Below are positions 32,824 to 43,630 of a stretch of 64,000 nucleotides of DNA, piece after piece. The DNA is from Paramoeba atlantica (lineage: Eukaryota; Protista; Discosea), in assembly GCA_977017575.1 (NCBI GenBank), contig CDRNVI010000051.1, positions 124,001 to 188,000 on the forward strand. Direction: 5' to 3'. Position numbers and translations under genes: made by a program. A model generated the notes under the pieces. It saw only the letters and a list, made by a program, of their open reading frames with translations. It searched no databases and was not told the origin of the DNA. Positions within the stretch are counted from its first letter, which is position 1; every line of letters begins with the position of its first letter.

Positions 32824-33948
32824 TTAATGACGTGTGGGTTCGTGGACGTACCATTGGTTCTCTTCAAGCGTTTTCCACCATTCCGGTTTTGATTCACTCC
32901 TCGCCGAGAGGATACTCTTCTTGGACCCCCCACAAAATACTTGTGGTACCGTTCCGTAGTACACGTACCACACATTCGAAAAGGTGTCCCACTTTGCGAG
33001 CCTCGCAGGGATCTCATTCAGAATTACACTCTTTTTCGGAGGCGCTTCTACGCAAATTTTACTAAGCTCCTGAGGCGTGCATCTATCGTCAATGTAAACC
33101 ATCACATCGTTATCGAAAAGAGAAACAAAATACACCGAGTTGGGGAGATGCGAAATATCTGCATCTCCTTCGAACTTGTTTTGGGCGAGCGCGAGCTGTC
33201 GCATGGATGGAGGCACCTGTGAAAAGTCCATCCGCCCAGTGAAAGAATTGTTATACAGCGACAATGATGTGAGGCAGCGTGGAAGTGTTCGAAAATCTAA
33301 CCATCCCTCGAATCGGTTACAATCCAGCGCGAGGTCTTCAATTGCAGGTGGCAGTGAATCAAACGAAACCACCCCTGAGAAATCATTTTCACTCAAATAA
33401 AGAATCCTGATGAGTGGGGGCAGGACGGACAAGTCGACGCCTCCCGAGAAAGCGTTATTATGCCCCCAGAAGCGAACCATACCACGTGGGAGTTCCTCAA
33501 ACGCTATCGGGCCGTCCAGGCGGTTGTAACTCACGCGGAGATCATGCAAGTTCTCGTACACACGCCCAATAGTGACCTGCCCTGTAAGATGGTTCTTGTC
33601 AAGAAACACTTTCCGTAACGTATAGGGGAGAAATGCAAAATTTAGGCTCCCCCGCAGGCCCATCTCGTTCCATCGTAGTTCGTGAATCTCCCCACTGCCC
33701 TCTTGCACGGTTACTCTGACCCACCCTCGAGGGGGCGTATGAACCGTCCATGTGGGATCCGGGTTGGAGAGGTTGGCCACAAGGCGAGCGAGGTTGTATT
33801 CGGGGGCTAGGACGGATTTGTGTACTTTGGAGGGACGGGTAATCGGTCGATCGCAACCTAGCACGCGTGGTACATGAGGAGGTGTTATGCCGAGCTCGGC
33901 TATGGGGAAACGAAACATTGGAGTAAAAGGTGGAGTATAGGAAATCAC
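32824..33948 (-). CDS. LRR protein, long subfamily (374 aa)
   Basis: RPSKVHKSVLAPEYNLARLV cap, LRRs, WYVYYGTVP..EWWKTLEENQW tail. Confidence 0.85.
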   Translation of the reverse strand: MISYTPPFTPMFRFPIAELGITPPHVPRVLGCDRPITRPSKVHKSVLAPEYNLARLVANLSNPDPTWTVHTPPRGWVRVTVQEGSGEIHELRWNEMGLRGSLNFAFLPYTLRKVFLDKNHLTGQVTIGRVYENLHDLRVSYNRLDGPIAFEELPRGMVRFWGHNNAFSGGVDLSVLPPLIRILYLSENDFSGVVSFDSLPPAIEDLALDCNRFEGWLDFRTLPRCLTSLSLYNNSFTGRMDFSQVPPSMRQLALAQNKFEGDADISHLPNSVYFVSLFDNDVMVYIDDRCTPQELSKICVEAPPKKSVILNEIPARLAKWDTFSNVWYVYYGTVPQVFCGGSKKSILSARSESKPEWWKTLEENQWYVHEPTRH

Positions 33949-33980
33949 AAGGTAGTGTCAACAAATCAGAGGGGCAAATA

Positions 33981-34278
33981 CCCCCCAGTAACCCCCCAGT
34001 AATAGACCCCCAGTAACAGAGATTTAGACATTTTTGGGCTGACCCCCAGTAACAGAGATTTGGCTCGGGAGGGTGTTTGGAGGGGGGAGGGGGTGTTTGG
34101 GCGGGGTGAGGGTGGTTGCGCGGGAGCGAATGGCGTAGTTGCGGGGTTGTCTGGGAAGAAAATCAGCGCATCCATGAACAAAAAAGGTATTTTCCCACCA
34201 AAAAAGCATACCCCCCCGTAACAAGGATATGGATAACTAACAAGGATTGGGTCCAATATCGATTCTATTACTGGGGGG
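33981..34278. mobile_element. MITE with short TIRs and TA TSD
   Basis: TA|CCCCCCAGTAA ... TTACTGGGGGG|TA. Confidence 0.75.
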
Positions 34279-34413
34279 TATACGGTAATGCATTTGTCTT
34301 TATTTTTTTACTCTTTTCGTATGCTTTCGAATCGAGGGTAGAGCGGTCGTTATACAACCACTGCAATAATGTATGTACGCAACATCGTAGCGTTATCCTA
34401 TTAATTCCCACAT

Positions 34414-35505
34414 TTACAGTATCATATCGCCACTCGGCTGAAACTCCACCCACTTATGTTCCTCCAGTTGCGTCCACCACGAGAGTTTCGGATTCTTTGA
34501 GCTTTGCCTCTCAACCGGATTCAAATCGGATCCAGGAGCCCTCCCGCCATAAGAATACCAGACATTGGAGGACGTGTCCCATTTCGTCCAGCGAGCAGGA
34601 AGGTATCGCAGACGAAAATTTTTCCTGGGAGGGTCGTAGAGACAAAGCTGGTCCAGCTGTCGAGACGCGGCATCCAGATAGACCGTCACACGGTTGAGAA
34701 ACAGGGAAACGAAGTACGTGGACTTTGGCACCATAAAGAGCTCCACATCGCCATCGAAATGGTTTCTCGCAAGCGCAACTTGTCGTATGAGGGGGGGCAG
34801 TTGGGAAAAATCCAGAGTCCCTGAGAACGTGTTGTTGTACAACGATAATGAGGTTAGCGATCTAGGCAGGCTACCTAATTGGAGGTTTCCCTCCAAACGG
34901 TTGTTGTCGAGCGCTAAATCGATAATAGTAGAGGGAAGACCTTCAAAGCTCACGACTCCAGAGAAGTCATTGTCATGCAAATACACAGTGCGAATGGTCG
35001 GCGGTAATGCTGTCAAATCCAGTGGTCCGGTGCAGCGGTTCTTGTGGACCCAAAGTCGTACCACTGCGCGAGGAAGATCACCCAAAAATAATGGACCTTC
35101 TAATTGATTCTCCGGCAAACGTAGATCCCGCAGTTTGTCTGCATCAAGTTCAATGTTGATTCTGCCAGAAAGAAATTTTTTTCCAAGCGATAGAAATTCT
35201 GTTGTACGCGGAAGTAGTGCGAAGTTTAGACTCCCACGTAGACCCATGTCGCACCAGTTGATCTCATAAACGTCGCCATTCATACGCACCGCAACCTTAT
35301 GCCACGATTTCGCACTGTTTTCTACGGTCCATGTGTGGTGAGGATTCGAAATGTTTGCGACGAGTCGTGCCAGATCATATTCTTGTGGCATACAGGACCC
35401 ATGGACCTTCTTTGGTCGAGAAATCCCAGGGTCACATCCTAATGTGGACTTCAGTCGAAGAATGGCGCGACTTGAAATGTAGCCGTAGAAATCAACAGAA
35501 ATCAT
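34414..35505 (-). CDS. LRR protein, long subfamily (363 aa)
   Basis: RPKKVHGSCMPQEYDLARLV cap, LRRs, WYSYGGRAP..SWWTQLEEHKW tail. Confidence 0.85.
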   Translation of the reverse strand: MISVDFYGYISSRAILRLKSTLGCDPGISRPKKVHGSCMPQEYDLARLVANISNPHHTWTVENSAKSWHKVAVRMNGDVYEINWCDMGLRGSLNFALLPRTTEFLSLGKKFLSGRINIELDADKLRDLRLPENQLEGPLFLGDLPRAVVRLWVHKNRCTGPLDLTALPPTIRTVYLHDNDFSGVVSFEGLPSTIIDLALDNNRLEGNLQLGSLPRSLTSLSLYNNTFSGTLDFSQLPPLIRQVALARNHFDGDVELFMVPKSTYFVSLFLNRVTVYLDAASRQLDQLCLYDPPRKNFRLRYLPARWTKWDTSSNVWYSYGGRAPGSDLNPVERQSSKNPKLSWWTQLEEHKWVEFQPSGDMIL

Positions 35506-35944
35506 TTCCGTGTGTAAAGCTTATTTTGCTTTAGTAGCATAAAACAAACTGCATCTGTGAGTTAACGGTGAATTTGAAAGTAGTGGTGTGCTGTCGTCCC
35601 TTTCTGCAGATAATAAGTACCCCACACGTTATATGGATTACGCAATAAATTATAACCCGCCTAATAAAACAGGGATCCATACTTTAAGTTTTTGTTAAGT
35701 AGAAAACAGGGAACATGATTAACAAAGCAAATAAAAGAAGTTATGGATCTAGGTCGGTGGAGGTCATCCACCGCACATTCAGTGGACGCTGAAATGCGGA
35801 TTATGGGAGCTTGCGAAAGTAATTGGTAAGTGGGTGAGAAGATTAACATAAGGGAGGAGAAAATGGGACTATACTATACGCACTGTGGCACTTGAACCTG
35901 GAGGTGGTCTAAAATTTGTAAAATTTGCCCAATTTTGTAAAATA

Positions 35945-36674
35945 CTGTCCCCCCCTACTTAAGAGTCCGCCGATTTTGGGCATTTGGACTCTTAAGTGGG
36001 GGGGGGTCACAATTTTTCGGACTCTTAAGTGGGGGGGTTAGCATTTTTTCATAAAATTTCAATATGGCCGGTTCCTTTTTTGTTTATGTTTTTTTTCTCT
36101 ATTTTTTTTCTTTGTTTTTGTCTAATGAAGGTCGGCGTCTGTACCCGACGTGCTACAGAGGCAAGTTCAAAAAAACTGTCATAAATATTTAGAATATGAC
36201 CCTTCTTATGCAGGAGAATACAATGACATTCGTAATACAATACCGCGCACACTTGGGATAGAAGAGAACGAGGTTGGGGTAACGGAAGGCTACCGTGGTT
36301 AGGTGGGGAAATAAATAAAGGGATTTCGTCGGTAGATTTGCCGCTCTCGTGTGAGGAGGGTGTTCGGAGGGGAGGAGAACTTCGATCAGATCGCGAGAGA
36401 GTTGAAGGGGGTTGAGAAGGATGATTGTGTCCCATGCCTGCCCGTAGTCTGCTCCTTCCTCGGAGTACCGTCAAGTATAAATAGCTTGGAAATATTAAAA
36501 ACGCAACTAAACGCAATGGGCAGACAACATAAAAAAATCATAGAAAATCGAAGAAAATAAAAAAAATAAAAAAAAATTGGCGGCGCTTCGCGCCGCAGGC
36601 AGCCCGAGGCTCGATCAAAAAAGACTCTTAAGTAGGGGGGGTACCCCGCGGACTCTGAAGTAGGGGGGGGACAG
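35945..36674. mobile_element. MITE with TA TSD nested in the TIR of a second Tc1 copy
   Basis: TA|CTGTCCCCCCCTACTTAAGAGTCC ... GGACTCTGAAGTAGGGGGGGGACAG|TA; the flanks rejoin to a sequence resembling the 37220 TIR. Confidence 0.75.
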
Positions 36675-36803
36675 TAATAGCGCATTCGAGAGCTCTCAGA
36701 GTTCTTTGGCTTATTCGGACCGCTCAAATTAAACGATTTAATCCGATGAAAAAACTTTATTTTTTTCATGTGAAAATTCGGCAATTTTTCTTTTTTCTCC
36801 TTT

Positions 36804-37148
36804 ATGCCACAAAAGCGAGTTCGCTCGAGGACATCGCGCGGTACACTGTCTGCTCGATCCTGTTCTTCCCCCGCAGAGCTCAAGGAGAGTCACAGAATGC
36901 TTTTAGTAGCAGACTATGAGCCAACACAGTCTTTCTCCCGAACATCTCAGAACTTTGGGGTGCACGAAGGCACTGTAAAGCGATGGGTTGAGCGCCATGC
37001 AGCGACTGGGGATGTCGAAAGTTCCATTTCTTTGCGTACATCTCTTGTTTCCACTCCCCTTCTCAAGGAAACAGCACTAAAATTAATTGATGACAGTGTC
37101 AGAGAAATGACTTATGGCATTCCTTCCTGGAGAGAGCACTTAAAGTAG
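36804..37148 (+). pseudogene. Truncated N-terminus of a Tc1 transposase related to 37358-38593
   Basis: SHRMLLVADYE..GVHEGTVKRWVERHAATGDVE versus SHRMLLVKDYE..GVHHSTVKLWVKRFEETGDVE. Confidence 0.8.
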
Positions 37149-37219
37149 CTGCACCGACGGAAATTTGTGTGTTTTATGCGAAAAGACTGCTAGAAGATGA
37201 CTCAAGAAGGAAGAAGGTA

Positions 37220-38772
37220 CAGGGGGGTAAATCAGATGCTACGGGGGGTCTAAAAATTGCAAAACCTCTCCAATTTTGGAAAATGATAGCGTATTCGAGA
37301 GCTCTCGAAGAGTTCTATGTTTTAGAAAAGGCAGTTTCCCGGGGTATAGGGGGGTGTTCAACTGACAAGAAGCCCAAAAACGTCAAAATGCAAAAATTGT
37401 GAGAAAGGTTTTAGACGACTAATAATTACAACTTTCTCCTTTTTTTCTACTACTATGTCGAAACGCCGCGGCATGCTGTTTAAAGTGTTAATGAACATGT
37501 CATGACCATCTGTTTTAATGTAATAAACCGCTCTTTCAATAGAAAACAAGAGTTCAGTCCTATTTTCTGGATTTGTACCATTTTTAATAAATACATCCAT
37601 AATTTCCCAAATGTTTTCAATGGGGTTAAGATCTGGGGATTTTGGGGGAAAGTCCAAAACAACGACTTCGTTTTCTTTAAAGGTTCTAAAACTGCCATTG
37701 TGGCAAGGAGCATTATCCGTAGCAGCCCGGGCCCCGCTATGACGCTTTAAGAAACTTAAAAAACCCCCTCTTTTTGTCATCGCGCATTTAAAAACATCTG
37801 AAGTGATGGTAATTTTCCCATTACTGTCCCTGTTTGGAAAAACATGATAAAAAATTCCATAAATAAAGCTTATACCCATCCAAACGTTCACTCCATCCCC
37901 CCCAAACCACTTTTGCGAAGCTTTTAGAGGTGGCTTCGGGGGGTCACTTGCTCTGCAAATGTACGAGCGGCTTTCCTGTCCAAGCTGGCAAGTGAATTTT
38001 TTTTCGTCACACCAAATTATGTGACGAAGCTGTGCGACAGACCACTTCTGCATTTTCAATGCAAAGGTTAGTCGCTTGGCCTTATGAGATTCAGTTAAAA
38101 AAAGGCCTTTCGAAAAAGAACGTTGGATTATCCCTGCGTCCTTCAAAAAATTTACTACAGTTGGCCTGCTGCAGGTGAAACCTCGTTTCCTGACCTCTCG
38201 AAGAATAAAATTCCAGGAGGGACAACCGCGTGCGCTTGACGTGTTGGCCGTGTCAATAATCTCGTGGCACGCATCAAGAAGCCCGGGTGTCGCCACAGTG
38301 CGTTCGCGAGGGGGTGTGCAACGTTCAACGTCCCCGGTTTCCTCAAAGCGTTTCACCCACAACTTGACAGTGCTGTGGTGGACGCCTTCTCTTCGGCAAG
38401 TGGCACTATAGGAATTTGTATTCTCGTAATCTTTTACAAGAAGCATCCTATGTGAATATTTGGTGTGGGGAGGAATACGCCCTATCGGAGAGAGATCCTT
38501 TGTTCTGCATAGAACGGGATCGCTTTCGCGGCATAAAACTGAGACGAAATGGGGAAAAAACGAAAAAATGAGCAAATTTGGGAAAAACTGCAAATTTTAG
38601 AGGGGCACAAAAACTTTAAAAGAAATGCCATAAACAAAATTGCTTTCTTTTGGGGTGAAAATAGCGCAAAAACATAGAACTCTGCGAGAGCTCTCGAATG
38701 CGCTATCACTTTCCAAAATTTGAAGGGTTTTGCAATTTTTAGACCCCCCACAGCATCTGATTTACCCCCCTG
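37220..38772 (-). mobile_element. Full-length Tc1/IS630-family DNA transposon, ~104-bp TIRs, TA TSD
   Basis: TA|CAGGGGGGTAAATCAGATGCT ... AGCATCTGATTTACCCCCCTG|TA enclosing an open transposase ORF. Confidence 0.92.
37358..38593 (-). CDS. Tc1-like transposase (DD32E); true start may be an internal Met
   Basis: Two HTH regions, WCDEKKF, VWMGIS, DNAPCH, SPDLNPIENIW. Confidence 0.88.
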   Translation of the reverse strand: MQFFPNLLIFSFFPHFVSVLCRESDPVLCRTKDLSPIGRIPPHTKYSHRMLLVKDYENTNSYSATCRREGVHHSTVKLWVKRFEETGDVERCTPPRERTVATPGLLDACHEIIDTANTSSARGCPSWNFILREVRKRGFTCSRPTVVNFLKDAGIIQRSFSKGLFLTESHKAKRLTFALKMQKWSVAQLRHIIWCDEKKFTCQLGQESRSYICRASDPPKPPLKASQKWFGGDGVNVWMGISFIYGIFYHVFPNRDSNGKITITSDVFKCAMTKRGGFLSFLKRHSGARAATDNAPCHNGSFRTFKENEVVVLDFPPKSPDLNPIENIWEIMDVFIKNGTNPENRTELLFSIERAVYYIKTDGHDMFINTLNSMPRRFDIVVEKKEKVVIISRLKPFSQFLHFDVFGLLVS

Positions 38773-38775
38773 TAT

Positions 38776-39224
38776 ATGTCATTACCTTGCGTCCGGACCG
38801 GATCGCCGTTCACTGGGGTCAAAAAACAAAGTCCTATCGGGCCGACCCATTCCGACCGGATGTATTTAGTATATGCATCCGTTACTTTTTTACTGAAAAT
38901 TTTACGGTGATCGAGGGGGACTTTATGGAGGAATCATACCGTCTTTTGAAGAACAACAATATGGCACAACAGTTCATCCGAGTTACTCCTGAGGATGTTT
39001 CCAAGTTTCTTCGGGACCAATTGGGAACGGGATACTCATCCCACAGCCTAAAACACGGGGCGGTGCGAGCTATGATAGAAGAGGCGGCGAGCAACAAACT
39101 GACTTTACAGGATGTTATGCGGCCATCAAAGTGCAAACAGCTGGGGACATTACTCCGCTACTCTGGGGCGACAGAAACCACGGCCCTCGCGCTGGGTACC
39201 CAACACGGCATAAGAGTCCTCTGA
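38776..39224 (+). pseudogene. C-terminal half of a tyrosine recombinase (DIRS-order, TATE/VIPER-like)
   Basis: YSSHSLKHGA and LLRY boxes; RPDRIAVHWGQKTK matches RPERIVIW.GRNTK at 63.56 kb; cut off by the Tc1 insertion. Confidence 0.7.
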
Positions 39225-39538
39225 GAGACGAGGAAGCGCGAAACACAAAGTCACCGCCGATAGAGCGCATCGGGGCGCAATGAGAAACATCAACGCAGGA
39301 CACACGGTGCAACTCTAAAAAGAGTTTGGTCACGTACAGAGTTTGGTCACGTATGTACAGAAAAACCGAGCGTCCGACACCGCAGTTGATGGAAGACGTA
39401 CCGTTGCACGCCAAAAAAGTGTCTTCACTATACTTAGACCGGGTGTGGGCATTATTGAATACTAAAACACGATATAGATTCGATTATCTGTGAAAGGAAA
39501 TCATAAGTCCATCAACACCACTCTGCGCAACATGGTCT

Positions 39539-39619
39539 AACTCCGTTGGAACGAATGAGCCTAAAAACTCCGTTGGAACGAAGCCTAAAAAACTCCGTTG
39601 GAACGAAGAGCCTAAAAAA
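39539..39619. repeat. Three-copy ~28-bp minisatellite
   Basis: AACTCCGTTGGAACGAA(n0-2)AGCCTAAAAA x3 with no spacers. Confidence 0.85.
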
Positions 39620-39789
39620 TAAAAATAGCTAAAAGATCATGAATTGTCTGACAGTTCTGGGTGGCTTTTATTTGGTATCAGGTCACAGGTATGGTAAGTT
39701 GTTTGGATAAAATATTAATTTTCTTTTTTGGTGTGCACCCCCTAGGCCCACCGGAAGCCTACTCCCCCCCCGCCTCTCCTATCCCCTAA

Positions 39790-40190
39790 CCCGGCGGCGG
39801 TACCAGTCCTGTACCGCCGCCTGCACAATCTGGGCGTTCCCTCTCTGGATGGCCACCCCGATGACCATCAAGAGATGGGCGAAACACCCGTTCTTGTCGG
39901 ATGTGTAGTGCCGGGCCACCTTGTTGAGGAAGATCAAGGTTTATGGGCCCGGGATCCCGTAGGTGAAGAAGGCCAGGGGGTCAAAATCCATGCCCCTCAC
40001 CGACGCCATCTCCTCATGAGAGCGCCTTTGGTTGGCCTCAGCCATCCTCAACGTGTGGGATGGCTCCGCGGCCTCCTTCTCCACGTACGACGGGGTCAGT
40101 GGGTTCACAACTGTGGCGTCAACCAGGACGATCTTCCGTCCCAGCTGGAAACAGATGTCTGGCCCCCGTCCGTTGTCGAACGTCATGAAT
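39790..40190 (-). mobile_element. 5'-truncated 3' end of a CRE-clade element (REL endonuclease)
   Basis: GPDICF..VLVDATVVNP, FFTYG..G and VAIQRGNAQIV motifs. Confidence 0.8.
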
Positions 40191-40439
40191 AATCTTATCT
40201 CTCACCTTTTCTCGAAAAGTGGCGACAGATAACTAGGGGGGGTACATTATATTTTTTAGTTGCAAGGGTGTTTTATACAATGTTTAACACTGTAGTGTAT
40301 TTTGTACACAACAAATTTGTGAAGTGCATTTTGTTTTCTTTCTAAAGTGGGGAGACCACGGAGTGATTTCATCATGAAGATGCTAGTTCCTTGAGAAATA
40401 TGATCCAAACTGTTTTCTGTCCGAAGTCTGGGGTCGGAA

Positions 40440-40700
40440 TAGATATTCAAAACAAGCGTGGGGGTTCAGCATGGTCAAACAAACCGCACCTGAGAAACCG
40501 TTAAACCGTTGCGAATAGTTTCCACGTAGCTGAGTAGAGTTCAAAATAAGCTTCGCCAAAGACTTGGGAAGAAATTCACACCGAAGTTTACCGGAAATAA
40601 CACTAAAGATTAAAATTTGGTTTAACTTCTTGTTGCTCATTATACGTCACTCCGGTCCAGGTGCACACACGGGCGCGGGTCTTCCATGTGGAAGATATCG
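40440..40700 (-). pseudogene. LRR gene remnant (21442/31932 subfamily)
   Basis: STWKTRARVCTWTGVTYNEQQEV and ISGKLRCEFLPKSLAKLILNS in different frames. Confidence 0.65.
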
Positions 40701-41196
40701 AGAAGACGTCCGATATCTTCTACTTTGTTCCTCCAGACTGGAGGAACAATCCCTGCTGGAACAGTAGGGGAAGCTTATCTGATGCGAGCGGCGTTGGGGC
40801 TTGAACTAGGATCCATTCTTCTGTTCAAAATGATAGATAGTCGCCCAAAGTCACTATGTAATTAAAATCTGCGGTCTCTCTTTTCTATACTGTGAGTTTG
40901 TTAAACCGAAATTGAACTCTTTTTTTGATCACTTTTCTATATTTTTCGCAGATGCTTACACTACATAATGTCGGCACTCTGATTTAAGGTTAATCGTTAA
41001 GATATGTACATAAAGATCATATGTATTGGAAACTTATGCCGACAGGTCTCATAAAACATGTGGTATACCCGCAAAATTGTCCTCGTTCTCATCGATCCCC
41101 CACCATATTGCAACACGCTACCATGACGCTCTTCCACCCAGGCACTCCAAACCCACCCCTTTTACTTCTCACCCCCCCACCATTCTTTTTTGGATC

Positions 41197-41745
41197 TCAC
41201 ACGTGCATAGATTCCATTATACACATACGTCCAAACGTATTACCCATTACCGCCCACAGTAGGGCAAGGTCGAAATACGAAACCGACCCCACCATCGCAC
41301 ACCCCCCCTCTGCGGCGGACAGCGCCACAAGGTCTCCGGGCGCTGTGAGCCCCACACCCCCGGGTCCGCTCCCTGCGGACTTCGACCCCAGGCCTCTCAG
41401 AAGGGCCAGAAGAAGCCCGGAGGAGGTCCCGAGGGCTTGGGTCTGTTTCCCGGAGAGCCCCGGCCATTGCAGCGCCAGGCACTCCCCTCGGGACATCCCC
41501 GGGGGTTGGACCAGGGCGCTGTGGCGGGATAAGGCAGCGGTAGCGCTGCTGAGCCTTTGGAGGGGGGAACCCCAAAGGGGGGAGGGGGGAGAGAAGGCTC
41601 GAGAGGGCCTCATCGGAGGGTGTGAGGAAAACGGACGACGCGAGGCGTCCAGAAGGGTGGAGAAGAGGCGTGCGGCGTGGACGTAGCGCCGGTAGGTGGT
41701 GGCGGAGTGAAAAGTACTCCCGCGGTAGCCTCCGAAGCCGCGCAT
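41197..41745 (-). CDS. Hypothetical protein (GC-rich ORF; frame uncertain)
   Basis: GC-rich island like the other housekeeping genes, same strand; no motif recognised, and an alternative minus frame is also largely open. Confidence 0.4.
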   Translation of the reverse strand: MRGFGGYRGSTFHSATTYRRYVHAARLFSTLLDASRRPFSSHPPMRPSRAFSPPSPLWGSPLQRLSSATAALSRHSALVQPPGMSRGECLALQWPGLSGKQTQALGTSSGLLLALLRGLGSKSAGSGPGGVGLTAPGDLVALSAAEGGCAMVGSVSYFDLALLWAVMGNTFGRMCIMESMHV

Positions 41746-42049
41746 GGAGGAAAAGGGAGTAAAAGAAGAAGAGGTAATATAAAAAGATGAAACAACAAAA
41801 AACTTAAGGCAGAGGGCGGCTGTGAGAGTAGGTGGATAAGATTTAACGCAGCACAAAAAACAGAAAAATAATGATGTAGATGCAACAAACTTCTAATAAA
41901 TTTCTTTTACAATGAAATCCTAAAGAAATTGAAAGAAAAAATAAAAAATAGAAAAACGTTTCTCAATCAAAAAATGTTGTGAAGGGGGGATCAGAGGGGT
42001 CCATATTAAAGGGGGCTCATAGTGGGATTTTCCCTCGCTGTTATTGTTT

Positions 42050-42342
42050 CTAGAACCCAATCGTAGCTACCAGGACGGACGTCCAACCCGTTGCATCGTG
42101 TAGGCTGTGCCTCAAGTCTCCTTTATGTAAGCTCCTGGAGTCTGGTGCGCTGGAGCCTGGTTCAGCTCGGCGGTTCCGGATCGGTCCTCTAGGAGAGCAG
42201 GTTTGGGCGTGGGCCTTGAAGGCACTCTTGACCAGTCCCTTTATAGTGAGGTCGCCAGGTTGCAAGTTTGCCGACAGCGGGAATCGAACCCCCAACATGC
42301 AGGTTGTAAGGCCCATCGTCTACCAACTACGCCCGCACCGGA
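42050..42342 (-). mobile_element. SINE-like element with degenerate tRNA-Val(TAC)-like head (42269-42342)
   Basis: A-box TAGTTGGTAGA, B-box GGTTCGATTCC, TAC loop, imperfect stems; downstream CCTGGCGACCTCACTATAAAGGGACTGG is shared with the 18.2 and 62.6 kb copies. Confidence 0.6.
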
Positions 42343-42486
42343 CCGAGCTAACTCACCTGGCGTCAAAAAAACACGACGCCCAACACCAAGGGTGAGGTAA
42401 ATCTTTAGGGCGATGCTTCCCTGTGCAATAGTAGTTAAAATATTGGTGATTAAATACTTAGAATGAGAGAATAGCATTCTCACTAT

Positions 42487-43200
42487 TTACAAAAGTAATA
42501 CATTTGCTAACTGTGGTGAAATCTTCGATGGTAAATAAATATTATTTCCGGTCAAACGTAGACATTTCATTTTAGCTGGAAGCCTTGAGAAATCTACTGG
42601 TCCACTAAACAAATTATTTCCAAGATCTAAGTAGCGGAACTGTACAGGTAGTGAGGTTAGATCCAGGGCACCATTGAATTGATTTGCACGAATATTCAGA
42701 AAAACTAAATTGAACGGTAGCACTGTCAAATCTACAGAGCCAAATAAACTGCAGCTGGCAACAACGAAATATTTCAGCGAGGCAGCGAGTTCCACAATAG
42801 GCAACGTGCCAGTAATTCGAATTTGTTTATTTGTTCGAAATGATTGTATTGTGTCTGGCATGTGAATCCATGTAAATGTCCCAACATATTTATCGGCGTG
42901 GTGCCAGTCAAGGGGATCCTCTGAGCCCAATCGAAAGGATTCCACTCGTTGGTTCGTATTACACTGTACCGCAAACCATTCACACGCAGTCGTGTTCGTT
43001 GTCCATGTCTCATCCGGATTCGAAATGTTGGCGAAGAATCGTACCAAATTATATTCCTGCGGAAAAAATGAGCCTTTTACTTTGGCAGGACGAGACAAGG
43101 ACGCGTCTTTGCTGAGTGTAAAGGAAACACTTTTACGATAGCACCACATAAAAAAGAAAAACAGTGAATTCAGTGTACGATGTAAAAAGCAGGAAAACAA
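42487..43200 (-). CDS. LRR protein (237 aa)
   Basis: RPAKVKGSFFPQEYNLVRFF..TACEWFAVQC cap plus LRRs. Confidence 0.85.
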   Translation of the reverse strand: MFSCFLHRTLNSLFFFFMWCYRKSVSFTLSKDASLSRPAKVKGSFFPQEYNLVRFFANISNPDETWTTNTTACEWFAVQCNTNQRVESFRLGSEDPLDWHHADKYVGTFTWIHMPDTIQSFRTNKQIRITGTLPIVELAASLKYFVVASCSLFGSVDLTVLPFNLVFLNIRANQFNGALDLTSLPVQFRYLDLGNNLFSGPVDFSRLPAKMKCLRLTGNNIYLPSKISPQLANVLLL

Positions 43201-43630
43201 AAATTTGTGATTTTTTTATTGTGCAACCTTTTTAAAAATGTATTTTTTTTAATTTCTTTGCCCAAATTCTAAAACGAAATCTTTCTAACTTAAACGAGGG
43301 TTCGGTTTAGCATACCTGTGACCTCGTACCATTACCGGAGGGAGTATGCTATCGTGACCCAGGGTCTTGTACCCGCCCAGTTTTTTAGCAGTTCCTGGTT
43401 AGTTCCCCCTGGTTCTCTTTAGCAGTCCTGAATGGTTGTATCTAAATCCTTTTTTGTTTGTGTTTAACTTACTTTTCAAACGCAATACTTTATGAGTACT
43501 TACCACAGGTCCGAATATACACATATACAGTACACATACAATGTAATGTATACATTACACAAACATGTATACATGTATACATTACACAACATTTGAAAAT
43601 TTTTGCACAATAAAAAATTCACATTTTTTT
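43195..43630. mobile_element. AT-rich MITE-like element
   Basis: TGTGATTTTTTTATTGTGCAA near the left end and its inverted match TTGCACAATAAAAAATTCACA near the right end; second copy at 2740-3085. Confidence 0.6.

Noticed and set aside
39539-39619. CRISPR-like repeat
   Set aside because: Adjacent repeats have no unique spacers, there are no cas genes and the context is eukaryotic.
42269-42342. Functional tRNA-Val gene
   Set aside because: The anticodon, acceptor and T stems have mismatches and the sequence continues into a repeat body, so it is treated as a SINE-like head.
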